The translations under genes and the position numbers were made by a program. Positions 15,149 through 24,813 of a stretch of DNA of 29,166 nucleotides are shown piece after piece (the first letter of the stretch is position 1; each line of letters begins with the position of its first letter). The notes under the pieces are model-generated. The model was not told the origin of the DNA. It searched no databases and saw only the letters and a list, made by a program, of their open reading frames with translations. This stretch comes from a virus. Lineage: Duplodnaviria > Caudoviricetes. Where the stretch lies: positions 1-29,166 of the IMG/VR virus record IMGVR_UViG_3300021963_004506. One strand, 5' to 3'.

Positions 15149-16563
15149 CAAAGCATAAACTAGGGGTCTGTGTTCCTTATCGAAATAGAGAGCTACATTT
15201 ACATGAGTTTATACCTAAGGTAGGAAAGTACCTAAAAGAACAAGGTATAGATTTTCAAATGTACTTCTGTCATCAAGTAGATGATAAATTATTTAATAGA
15301 GGAGCAACAAAAAATATAGCTGCAAAGCATGCATTCGAAGACGGATGTGATTACATAGTATGGCATGATATTGATATGATCCCAGAAGAGGATTGTGATT
15401 ATTCATACCCTGAAAATGTACCACGACATATTGCTACTAAGATTTCACAAATGGACTATCAACTTAAGTATCATGAATACTTTGGTGGAGCAGTTTTATT
15501 TACTAAGGAGCATGTAGAAGCTACAAATGGTTATTCTAATAACTACTGGGACTGGGGAATGGAGGATGATGATCTCTTTTGGAGATGTCATGTAGAAGGT
15601 CTTACACGAAATACTTACTTAGGACCGCAACCATTAAAACAAAAATATTGGAGTTTTAACGGAGAAGATTCCTATATGAAGATTCCTTTTCATAGAGAGA
15701 TGAGAGGATTGACAGCAGGTAGTCATACTATCTCAGTATTAACTAGAGCTTTTCAACAACCAGAAAAAAATCCTATCTTTCTATTAGGAGATACTAATAA
15801 CAAGTATGTAGAATATCCTATATTTAGATTACCAGGATATGATTATGGTATTTCTTTTAATAACTCTAGAGCCATGACTCTAACTTTTTGGAATAATTTT
15901 GATGCACATAATTACATGTGGGTTAAAAGATATGACGACCAATGGAGTTGGGTTACTGCAGTTATAAATGAAAATATAAAAACTGCTCATTTTTACTTAA
16001 ACGGAACAGAGGTAGATTCTAAAGGAGGGTTTGGGAGTCCTTCTCCATTAGAGTGGGAAGGTAAATTAAAAAGCTACGGAATCAATTCTGCATATTTAGG
16101 TATGACTCCTTCTTTAGAAGAAGGTAATCCTGTAAAGTATTTTAAAGGAGATATAGCTAAGGTATTTGCTTGGAAGAGAGCTTTAAGTCCTGCAGAAGTA
16201 GCAACTATGCACTTGAATTTACCTAAGGGAGATCTTATAATAAATTTAGACGCGGATTACCCTAGAACAACAGTTGAAAGTTACGGAGTAGAAGAAAAAG
16301 AAGAGACTTTTAGAATACCTAATTCAATCATACCTTATAGAGTAGAAGGTAAGTTTAGATGCTTACCACACCCAGATGAAGGTATTGTGAATGGTAGATT
16401 TGTAAAAGGAGAAACAACTGCAGCTAATGAAAAACGTTATGTACTCCAGATGCAACAAGGTAAAGTTAATTACAAAGAAGACGGAATAAAACAAGTTCAA
16501 TACAGTTTAGTAGAAGAGAAGCAATTGACTCCTTGGGCTAAAATGTTAAATATAACCCTATGA
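15145..16563 (+). CDS. Second GT7 glycosyltransferase with inserted LamG-like domain (paralog)
   Basis: VPYRNR..HL, FNRG..KN, WHDID, YFGGA, NGYSNNYWDWGMEDDD and DGIKQVQY. The insert has FNG, W.WVT.V, FYLNG and FKGDI..V..WKRALS..EV. Confidence 0.88.
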   Translation: MTKHKLGVCVPYRNRELHLHEFIPKVGKYLKEQGIDFQMYFCHQVDDKLFNRGATKNIAAKHAFEDGCDYIVWHDIDMIPEEDCDYSYPENVPRHIATKISQMDYQLKYHEYFGGAVLFTKEHVEATNGYSNNYWDWGMEDDDLFWRCHVEGLTRNTYLGPQPLKQKYWSFNGEDSYMKIPFHREMRGLTAGSHTISVLTRAFQQPEKNPIFLLGDTNNKYVEYPIFRLPGYDYGISFNNSRAMTLTFWNNFDAHNYMWVKRYDDQWSWVTAVINENIKTAHFYLNGTEVDSKGGFGSPSPLEWEGKLKSYGINSAYLGMTPSLEEGNPVKYFKGDIAKVFAWKRALSPAEVATMHLNLPKGDLIINLDADYPRTTVESYGVEEKEETFRIPNSIIPYRVEGKFRCLPHPDEGIVNGRFVKGETTAANEKRYVLQMQQGKVNYKEDGIKQVQYSLVEEKQLTPWAKMLNITL

Positions 16564-17930
16564 GTTTACAAGAAGTAAAAAACAAACTAGACGGAGTAGG
16601 ATGTGGGTTTTGTTTAGCAAAATGGACTCAAGTTACTATGCACCTAGGGATGGGGATGACACACTCTTGTCACCACCCATCACCGCATAAGATACCTCTA
16701 AAGGAGGTAGAAAGGAATCCTTCTGCTCTACATAATACTTCTTATAAAAAACAGAAGAGGAGAGAAATGTTAGAAGGAGGAAAACCAGAAGAGTGTAACT
16801 ATTGCTGGAAAGTAGAAGAAAGCTCTAACTCTTTTTCTGATAGAGTTTTTAAATCCTCAGAACCATGGTCATTAGACCAGTTTGATAAAATTAAAGATAG
16901 TCACTGGCGAGAGGATTTTAATCCAAGATATGTAGAAGTATCTTTCTCAAATACCTGTAACTTCAAGTGTGCTTATTGCGGGCCACAGTATTCATCTAAA
17001 TGGGTAGAAGAGATTGAGAAACACGGGGCATACCCAACTAGCTACAATTTTAATGATATCAGCAATATACAGGCAAGAGGAGAGATGCCATATAAGCATT
17101 CCGAAATCAACCCCTATGTGGAAGCATTTTGGAAATGGTGGCCGGACTTATATAAAGACTTACATACCTTTAGAATTACAGGCGGTGAACCTTTATTGTC
17201 AAAAGATACTTTTAAAGTTCTAGAATACATACAAGACCATCACCATAAGAATCCAAACCTATCTTTATCAATCAACTCTAACCTTGGCGTTCCGGATAAC
17301 TTGATTGACAGGTTTATAGAAATTGCTAAAGACCTTTGTGAAAATGATAAAGTAAGAGAATTAACTATCTTTACTTCAGTAGAAGCAAAAGGTGCTCAAG
17401 CAGAATATACAAGGTATGGATTAGAGTATGATAGGTTCTGGAGTAATGTAGATAAGATATTAACCGCTTTACCGAAAGTTACTATCAATATCATGGCAAC
17501 ATTCAATGCACTTTCTGTATTTAGTTACGACGAGTTGATTGATAAGACTTTTGAAATGAAAAAGAAACATGCTAATGGACAAAGGTATTGGATATCTGCT
17601 TTACAACTAGATACATCTTACTTGAGATGGCCAACACATCTTTCTGTTAAGATACTAGAACCAGAACATAAAACATCAATTTTGAAGTCTGCAGAAAAAG
17701 CCTTATATTACGGTATAAAGGAATTTACTAAAGACAATTATGGATTCTCTAATGTAGAGATTCAGAAAATAAAACGCATTTACGATTATGCTATTTCAGA
17801 AGATAATTTCGATATAGAGAGAAATAGAAAAGATTTTGTTATATTTGTAGATGAATTAGATAAAAGAAGAGGTACAAACTTTTTAGAGACATTCCCTGAA
17901 CTAAACGAATTTTATGCTAAAATTAAATAA
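16560..17930 (+). CDS. Radical SAM enzyme with N-terminal twitch (Fe-S) domain
   Basis: C-X13-G-X4-C...CNYC, then CNFKCAYC (CX3CX2C) and TGGEP. Confidence 0.9.
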   Translation: MSLQEVKNKLDGVGCGFCLAKWTQVTMHLGMGMTHSCHHPSPHKIPLKEVERNPSALHNTSYKKQKRREMLEGGKPEECNYCWKVEESSNSFSDRVFKSSEPWSLDQFDKIKDSHWREDFNPRYVEVSFSNTCNFKCAYCGPQYSSKWVEEIEKHGAYPTSYNFNDISNIQARGEMPYKHSEINPYVEAFWKWWPDLYKDLHTFRITGGEPLLSKDTFKVLEYIQDHHHKNPNLSLSINSNLGVPDNLIDRFIEIAKDLCENDKVRELTIFTSVEAKGAQAEYTRYGLEYDRFWSNVDKILTALPKVTINIMATFNALSVFSYDELIDKTFEMKKKHANGQRYWISALQLDTSYLRWPTHLSVKILEPEHKTSILKSAEKALYYGIKEFTKDNYGFSNVEIQKIKRIYDYAISEDNFDIERNRKDFVIFVDELDKRRGTNFLETFPELNEFYAKIK

Positions 17931-18498
17931 AGGGGAACCGTGGGTATTTTGGCCAAGTAGTATCTGCGACACTTTCCCTGAAAATCCGGGAAATAAAATA
18001 CTAAGAGGAGATTGCTATTTTGAGTTCAATATTAGGTTTACATTAAAAGAAAAACCTTTAGAAAGAAAAACTATATTTGCACTACTACCTAAATACACAG
18101 GATTAGATATCCATTCAGAAGGAATGGTTTTTGCATATACTACAGAAGAAGAAACTTATTATATTAACCTACCTTCTCTAATAAAGGAAGGAGAAGAAGT
18201 TTTATTAACAGTAATACATCAGCCAAATAGGTATTTAAGAATATTTATTAATAGAGAATTAATTGAAGAAATTAATTTAGATAATAAGGTTTTTGGAATA
18301 GATAATAGCCCGCATATCATATTTGGAGCAGGCAACTTCCCTAAAAATAACTTTAACCTCAATTATGTAGATTTAGATCTTCATGAATTTATATTAATAG
18401 GAATAACAGGAGTCATATCTCATCATACTTTTGAAGAGTTTATATTTGATAAGTCTGTTGATATTTCCGGTAACCTAAATTTTATACATAAATTATAA
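17914..18498 (+). CDS. Stand-alone LamG/concanavalin-A-like domain protein
   Basis: Beta-rich, with LRIFIN, IIFGAG and C-terminal DISGN, echoing the LamG-like inserts of the GT7 genes. Confidence 0.55.
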   Translation: MLKLNKGEPWVFWPSSICDTFPENPGNKILRGDCYFEFNIRFTLKEKPLERKTIFALLPKYTGLDIHSEGMVFAYTTEEETYYINLPSLIKEGEEVLLTVIHQPNRYLRIFINRELIEEINLDNKVFGIDNSPHIIFGAGNFPKNNFNLNYVDLDLHEFILIGITGVISHHTFEEFIFDKSVDISGNLNFIHKL

Positions 18499-20120
18499 TG
18501 GGAGTTTTCGCAAAAAAGGACAATGAATCGTTCCAAGAATATAGAGAAAGGGTTATAAATAAACTATCCCAATCGTTTTGTGGTGCTAAATGGTATAATG
18601 CTACCATTTGGTTAGGTAACGGTACAACAGCTAGTTGTCATCACCCACCTGCACATAAGATACCTTTGGAAGAAGTTGCTAAGTCATATAAAGCAATTCA
18701 CAATACTACTTACAAAAAAGCTATCAGAAAACAAATGATGGAAGGTGAAAGACCTAAAGAGTGTGAATACTGCTGGAAGATAGAAGACTTAGGACCTGAT
18801 AAAGTATCAGATAGAGTATACAAATCAGTAATCTATACAGATGAAGAGTTAAAAGAAGCTAAAGGTAGTTTAGGATATACAGAAGATGTTGACCTTAAGA
18901 CACTTGAGATTGCTTTTGATCCTAATTGTAACTTTGGATGCTCTTACTGTAATGCTTCTTTTTCAACTACATGGCAAAATGATATAAAAAAGTTTGGACC
19001 TTATCAAAACTTAGTTTCAGACGGCGCCGGAGCTTTCCAACACGATGGAAGACACGCAATGCCTTATGGAAGAAAGAATGAAGGTAATCCCTATATAGAA
19101 GCATTTTGGAAATGGTGGGAAGCAGAACTACAATTCTCTTTACGAGAGTTAAGAGTAACAGGAGGAGAACCTACTATGTCTCCTGATTTCTGGAAGTTGA
19201 TGGACTGGTGGAAGAAAAATCCTCAATGTGAAGTGCCTTTTGCAGTAAATTCAAACTTAGGACAAAAGAAAGAATTATTAGATGCTCTTATAGAAGCTAC
19301 TCATAGTTTTAAAGAATTTAATTTGTATACATCTTGTGAAGCTACAGGCTTACAGGCCGAGTATATTAGATACGGACTTGAGTGGGAAACTTGGTTACAA
19401 AATATGTACCGAGTTAACAAAGAAGCAAACGTCAAGTCTGTAAACGTAATGATGACTATAAACGGATTATGTTTATTTTCGATTACAGAGTTTATGGATG
19501 AAATAATAAAGTTAAAGTCAAAGCATGGAGCTCATGCAGCTATTATGTCTTTTAATATACTTCGTTTTCCATCATTCCAGTCTATAGTAACACTCCCTGT
19601 TTATATTAGAATGGAGAGAGCAGCTCATATTGAAAAGTGGTTAGAAGCAAACTGGAAAGAAGGTTCTAACGGATTATTAGATATGGAAAGAGATGGTTTA
19701 TTAAGACTAATTGAATATATCAAACAAGTAGATACAGGGCATGCTTTTACTTCATCTCTAGAGAGTAGAGAAAGAGACTTTAAATCTTTTTATACTCAAT
19801 ATGATATAAGACGAAATAAAGACATTATTAAAGCATTCCCAGAAATAAAAAAATGGTGGGATACAATACCAGAGACTAAGCTTGATGCACTTAAAGAAGT
19901 AATAGACGGAGATGATGCTAAATCAAATAGATATGTACACGACGTACTAAAACAAGCAAAAGAAGAAGGGTGGGTACTTAATCCACAATGGCATAACCCA
20001 GGTTCACAAGAGTACATAGAACCAGATAATCAACAACAAGACGATATGATTGACTTGATTGATTTATTAAAAAAAGAATCTGATCCAAACGGTCCAGGTA
20101 TAAAGCATAAATTAATATGA
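18498..20120 (+). CDS. Radical SAM enzyme with N-terminal twitch domain (paralog 2) and acidic C-terminal extension
   Basis: C-X13-G-X4-CHH...CEYC, CNFGCSYC and TGGEP. Shares NPY.EAFWKWW with the 16560 protein. Confidence 0.9.
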   Translation: MGVFAKKDNESFQEYRERVINKLSQSFCGAKWYNATIWLGNGTTASCHHPPAHKIPLEEVAKSYKAIHNTTYKKAIRKQMMEGERPKECEYCWKIEDLGPDKVSDRVYKSVIYTDEELKEAKGSLGYTEDVDLKTLEIAFDPNCNFGCSYCNASFSTTWQNDIKKFGPYQNLVSDGAGAFQHDGRHAMPYGRKNEGNPYIEAFWKWWEAELQFSLRELRVTGGEPTMSPDFWKLMDWWKKNPQCEVPFAVNSNLGQKKELLDALIEATHSFKEFNLYTSCEATGLQAEYIRYGLEWETWLQNMYRVNKEANVKSVNVMMTINGLCLFSITEFMDEIIKLKSKHGAHAAIMSFNILRFPSFQSIVTLPVYIRMERAAHIEKWLEANWKEGSNGLLDMERDGLLRLIEYIKQVDTGHAFTSSLESRERDFKSFYTQYDIRRNKDIIKAFPEIKKWWDTIPETKLDALKEVIDGDDAKSNRYVHDVLKQAKEEGWVLNPQWHNPGSQEYIEPDNQQQDDMIDLIDLLKKESDPNGPGIKHKLI

Positions 20121-21445
20121 AATTTGGATTCGACAAATATGTAGAGATAGAGGGTGAAATTCATAAGTACCCTCTACCTAATGCTTTAATCGCGGCTGAC
20201 CAGGTACTTCATACTCATGCAGAATTAAGAAAATATAACGTGTATAGTTTGCTCTTTAAACAAGATCTTAATTACGAAGATTTTTCATACGGACATGACA
20301 CTGTTGATAATTTAATAAAACAAAAAGAAAACTTTATATATACAATACTGATTCGTCAACCTAAAGATTTTGAAAAGATTAGTGACGAAACTTTATATAA
20401 GTTTCCTGCTAAAGTCATAGACGTAGTCAAGAAAGGTAAAGCTAAGATAGTACTAAGTTATTTATTTGAAGGAGATTTTTATAAACAAGATGATATAAGA
20501 GCTATAAATCAATTCGTAGTAAAATACAGCTTAAGCAAAGACGATGTAATACTACTAACAAATAACTTAAAATACAAATATACAGAACCGGCAAATAGTA
20601 ATTTTACAACTGTAGTCTTTAATTACTTTTTAGTTAATCAGTGGTTTTCAAAAGATGACCTACTATCTAATTCTATCAATACACAATCTGGAATTCGACT
20701 ACGAGAAAATTTAGAATACATAAGTATATATAGAAAGCCTAAAAAATTCCTCTCTTTAAATCGAAGACCTAGAGTTCATAGAATTGCTCTATTTACAGAA
20801 ATAATGAAAGACCCTATCCTTAAAGAAAACTCAATTATAAGCCTGGGAAGTAGAAACTTAGAATCTAATAACCATGATGGCTATGGACACGATTGGGTAG
20901 ACTGGTATAAACATATTATTTCAGAAGACTACAAATACGGAAAATATTCCGGTATAGATTTTTTAAAGAACTATGACAGTAGTCAAGAGTCTTTTGTCGA
21001 TTCAAATTTAGAATATAATCTAGCTTTTAACTTTAATCAAACATTGCACCTTAATACATTTGTTAATATACTTACAGAGACTTTGTTTGAAAATGAAACA
21101 GTTTTTTTATCTGAAAAAGTATTTAAGCCGATACTAGGATGTCAACCTTTTATAATACTCGGCAACCCCGGCTCAATTCAAGAACTAAAAAATATAGGTT
21201 TTAAGACATTTGAAGACTTTTGGGATGAGAGTTACGATAGTGAATTAGACTTTTCCAAGAGGTTAGAAAAAATAATTACAATACTAAAAGGATTAGCAGA
21301 AAAGACTGATCAAGAACTTTTAGAAATGACAAAACAAATGCTCTCAATTTTACAGCATAATTACGAACATATAAGATTCGCTGCAAGAGATGAAGTATGG
21401 CAATTAAAACAAACTTTAGATGAGCAATTCAACAAACAACCATAA
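20117..21445 (+). CDS. Putative GT-B glycosyltransferase (GT10/exostosin-like C-terminal motif)
   Basis: FLSLNRRPR.HR and NILTET......FLSEKVFKPI...QPFIILG......LK..GF.TF...WDESYD. The (T/S)EK motif recalls the GT10 donor-binding motif. Confidence 0.55.
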   Translation: MKFGFDKYVEIEGEIHKYPLPNALIAADQVLHTHAELRKYNVYSLLFKQDLNYEDFSYGHDTVDNLIKQKENFIYTILIRQPKDFEKISDETLYKFPAKVIDVVKKGKAKIVLSYLFEGDFYKQDDIRAINQFVVKYSLSKDDVILLTNNLKYKYTEPANSNFTTVVFNYFLVNQWFSKDDLLSNSINTQSGIRLRENLEYISIYRKPKKFLSLNRRPRVHRIALFTEIMKDPILKENSIISLGSRNLESNNHDGYGHDWVDWYKHIISEDYKYGKYSGIDFLKNYDSSQESFVDSNLEYNLAFNFNQTLHLNTFVNILTETLFENETVFLSEKVFKPILGCQPFIILGNPGSIQELKNIGFKTFEDFWDESYDSELDFSKRLEKIITILKGLAEKTDQELLEMTKQMLSILQHNYEHIRFAARDEVWQLKQTLDEQFNKQP

Positions 21446-22703
21446 ACAATCAGAACATTTTTGTGCTGCATTATGGATGCACCTACATGTTTTAAACGAT
21501 GGTAATACATATCCTTGCTGTATGACTCCGATGGAGAAAAAAAATAGTTTAGGTAACGTAAACGATACTTCACTTTTTGAAATTATAAATAGTGAGAAGG
21601 CTAAATCAATGCGTAAAGATATGTTAGAAGGAAAGCCACTACCTGCTTCATGCACAAGATGTGTAAGTAAAGAAAGCTCAGGAATGACCAGTATGAGAGT
21701 TGGTATGAACCACCACTGGTATGATCAAATAGAAGACTTAGTAGAAAGTACAAATGAAGACGGAAGTGTAGATGAATTAAGATTATTGTATTGGGATTTT
21801 AGATTTAGTAACTACTGTAACCTAGCATGTAGAACCTGCTCACCACTCTTTAGTACATCTTGGAATAAAGACTTTATAAAAGTGTTTGGGGAAAATGCTG
21901 CACCTCCAGAGCACCTAGGCTTAATTAACCTAGACGGTGCTACAAACTTTTGGCAAAACATAGAAGAAACTATTCATACAGCAAAAGAGATCCATTTTGC
22001 AGGAGGCGAACCTTTAATCATGCCTGAGCATTGGAAGCTTATAGAAATGTTAGAAGAACGTAACCTGTATGATGTTAAGTTGAAATACTCTACGAACGCT
22101 ACAATGCTTGAAAATAAAGGAAGAAACATAGTAGATATATGGAAAAAATTTAAACATGTACATTTAAGCCTATCTATAGATGGAACCGGAGATCTTTTTG
22201 AACTAGTTAGACATAATGGAAAATGGCCTAAGACTAAAGAAAATTTATTGAAAATTGAAGAAGCAGGTATTGACTACTGGTTACACCCGACAATAAGCCT
22301 TCTTAATATATTTAGAATAGATGAAATGCATAGAGATTTTTTTGAAATGGGATTAATACCTATAGAAAAGAAAGCTCATGAAGAGTATGATTTTAATCCA
22401 AACTTTTATTTTACAAGTAGATTTCACATAAACCCAGTTTTTTGGCCTAATTATTATGCTCTAGAGACACTTCCAAATGAATTAAAACAACTAGCAACTG
22501 AGAAGATAACAAAGTATGGAAAGCAACTAGAAAAAGACCACGGTATTCCATTTTCAGGATGGGAAGGATTATTAGATATAATGAATAAAAAAGAAGGGAA
22601 TCCAGAACAGTTTAAAAAGTTTATAAAGGTTACTAAGGATTTAGATAAGTTACGTAATCAAGATTTTTTGAAATTGAACCCAGAATTTAAATCATACTTT
22701 TAA
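21420..22703 (+). CDS. Radical SAM enzyme with N-terminal twitch domain (paralog 3)
   Basis: C-X12-G-X4-CC...CTRC, CNLACRTC, FAGGEP, YSTN, SIDG and R...W. Confidence 0.9.
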   Translation: MSNSTNNHKQSEHFCAALWMHLHVLNDGNTYPCCMTPMEKKNSLGNVNDTSLFEIINSEKAKSMRKDMLEGKPLPASCTRCVSKESSGMTSMRVGMNHHWYDQIEDLVESTNEDGSVDELRLLYWDFRFSNYCNLACRTCSPLFSTSWNKDFIKVFGENAAPPEHLGLINLDGATNFWQNIEETIHTAKEIHFAGGEPLIMPEHWKLIEMLEERNLYDVKLKYSTNATMLENKGRNIVDIWKKFKHVHLSLSIDGTGDLFELVRHNGKWPKTKENLLKIEEAGIDYWLHPTISLLNIFRIDEMHRDFFEMGLIPIEKKAHEEYDFNPNFYFTSRFHINPVFWPNYYALETLPNELKQLATEKITKYGKQLEKDHGIPFSGWEGLLDIMNKKEGNPEQFKKFIKVTKDLDKLRNQDFLKLNPEFKSYF

Positions 22704-23641
22704 TGAAAGGATTTATTTGGAATATAGAATCAGAAACACAGTTTAAAGACGTAGTTAGAGACGATTATAGTAGAGTTGTATTTCTCGATGGAAAAATCAA
22801 CGAACAGTTTGGAGTGGAGATTAAGTATTTATCAGATACGGAAAAACAAGAGACAGTAGACGCGTTTGAAAAAGGTAAAACTGATATTGATAAAGATGAT
22901 GTATCTTATTATATTAATAAGTACGGAGCTCGTGGAGATTGGAGTATAGAAGAACAAAAAAATGACCACCTGAAAATAGCAGTTTTTGGATGTAGTTTTA
23001 CTTTTGGGGTAGGTATGCCAGAAAGCAAAACCTGGGCAGCTCAATTTGTACAAAAATTACAAGTAGATAAACCTGTACAGTTAATTAACTTAGGATACCC
23101 TGGTGGTAGTATTGCAAAAAACTTAAAGCATTTTAAATACCTAACAGATATCTACAAAATAGATATGGCGGTATTTTTACTACCGACACATTGGAGAGAA
23201 GAGTACCCAGATTATTATACATCAGATCATCCTGTCACTTATTACAACTTTATACCTAATTATGGTTTTAAGTATAAAAAAGAAAAATGGGAACAGTTCT
23301 ATAGCTACTCAACAGCCGGTACAAGATTTTATGATATGGTTAAGATGATTTCATATATAGAACTTATCGCATCAGTAAAAAATATTGAAACTTACTACAG
23401 TTCTTGGGACGAACAGACATTGAATTTTATTAGAGAGCATAAACTTGTGAAGCTTTATCAAATACTTCCTTATTTTAAATTTTTAGAAACTATGGTAGTA
23501 CCTCATTTTAATAATAAGTTCGCTCGTGACGGTTTTCACCCCGGTATTGCTTCTCAAGATTTATTTTCAAGCGAACTAGCAGATCATATATCTAGTAAAA
23601 CATTAATACAGGGTATAATTAAAAAGATTAAAGTAATATGA
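22703..23641 (+). CDS. SGNH/GDSL-like acyl esterase or transferase
   Basis: Block I FGCSFTFG, block II INLGYPGGS and block V DGFHPG. Confidence 0.65.
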   Translation: MKGFIWNIESETQFKDVVRDDYSRVVFLDGKINEQFGVEIKYLSDTEKQETVDAFEKGKTDIDKDDVSYYINKYGARGDWSIEEQKNDHLKIAVFGCSFTFGVGMPESKTWAAQFVQKLQVDKPVQLINLGYPGGSIAKNLKHFKYLTDIYKIDMAVFLLPTHWREEYPDYYTSDHPVTYYNFIPNYGFKYKKEKWEQFYSYSTAGTRFYDMVKMISYIELIASVKNIETYYSSWDEQTLNFIREHKLVKLYQILPYFKFLETMVVPHFNNKFARDGFHPGIASQDLFSSELADHISSKTLIQGIIKKIKVI

Positions 23642-24813
23642 AAATAGGTTTTATTGGTATTGGAAAGCTTGGTAAAGACGCTGCTGAGGTAATGGCAGAA
23701 AAGCATTATGTAGAAGGTTATGATATAAATAAAAATATTTCTATTGACAGTAATGTAAAAGTTGTAGAAAGTATTCAAAAGGTTTGTAAAGACAAACAGT
23801 TAATTTTTATAGCAGTTCCTACTCCGCACCATCCTGATTACGATGGCAGATACCCTACCTCTCATTTACAGAATAGAGACTTTGATTATACAGTTGTAAA
23901 AGAAGTTTTAAATGAAGTTAATAATTACACTAATAAAAGTCAACTAATAATACTAATTTCAACTGTTCTCCCGGGTACTATAAGAAGAGAGTTTATACCG
24001 TTTGTAGAGAATTTTAGATTTATATATAATCCATATTTGATCGCAATGGGAACTGTAAAGTATGATATGGCTAACCCAGAGATGCTAATAATAGGTACAG
24101 AAGACGGTACTGAGACTGGCGATGCTAAACTACTTATAGATTTTTATTCTACATTTGTAAACCCTTCTACTAGAATTGAAATAGGTACTTGGGATGAAGC
24201 TGAATCAATAAAGATATTTTACAATACTTTTATATCAACTAAAGTTGCTCTTGTGAATATGATTCAAGATGTTGCTGAGAAAAATGGAAATATAAACACA
24301 GACGTAGTTACAAGAGCTTTAGAACGAAGCACCCAGCGCATCTTAGGCCCTGCGTATATGAAAGCCGGAATGGGAGACGGCGGCGGCTGCCACCCTCGTG
24401 ATAATATTGCATTGAGATTTTTAGCAGAAGAACTCAAATTAGGGTACGACTTATTTGATTCTATTATGAAAGCTAGAGAAAAGCAAGCAAAAAATCTAGC
24501 AAATAAGTTGGTTCTTTACGCAAAAGTTCATAAATTACCTGTAGTTATACTAGGTAAATCTTATAAACCAGGAGTACATTTCGAAGATGGATCTTCATCT
24601 ATACTAGTAGGTTACTATGTAGAAGAACAAGGGTACGAGGTTTTGTACGACATTGAAGATCCAATACCAGCAATTTACCTACTAGCTCATTATAAAAAAC
24701 ACCATGATTTTGATTTCCCTAGAGACTCAGTTATAGTAGACCCATGGAGAGAATATAAATCAGATATTAATAGGGTTATACACTACGGGAATACTAGATT
24801 ACTAAATGGCTAA
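23638..24813 (+). CDS. UDP-glucose/GDP-mannose 6-dehydrogenase family protein
   Basis: GIGKLG Rossmann motif, FIAVPTP, ISTVLPGT, YNP, AE.IK.F.N, catalytic GGGCHPRD and GKSYKP. Confidence 0.9.
   Translation: MKIGFIGIGKLGKDAAEVMAEKHYVEGYDINKNISIDSNVKVVESIQKVCKDKQLIFIAVPTPHHPDYDGRYPTSHLQNRDFDYTVVKEVLNEVNNYTNKSQLIILISTVLPGTIRREFIPFVENFRFIYNPYLIAMGTVKYDMANPEMLIIGTEDGTETGDAKLLIDFYSTFVNPSTRIEIGTWDEAESIKIFYNTFISTKVALVNMIQDVAEKNGNINTDVVTRALERSTQRILGPAYMKAGMGDGGGCHPRDNIALRFLAEELKLGYDLFDSIMKAREKQAKNLANKLVLYAKVHKLPVVILGKSYKPGVHFEDGSSSILVGYYVEEQGYEVLYDIEDPIPAIYLLAHYKKHHDFDFPRDSVIVDPWREYKSDINRVIHYGNTRLLNG

Noticed and set aside
17014-17223. Alternative-frame 69-aa plus-strand ORF
   Set aside because: Nested inside the radical SAM core, non-ATG start, no supporting signal.
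2566-23778. Minus-strand ORFs in the track (2566, 5079, 6760, 7219, 8716, 9064, 11541, 19796, 21361, 21416, 22832, 23584)
   Set aside because: All are short and antisense to well-supported plus-strand genes, with no recognisable motifs; they are shadow ORFs of biased or repetitive coding sequence.
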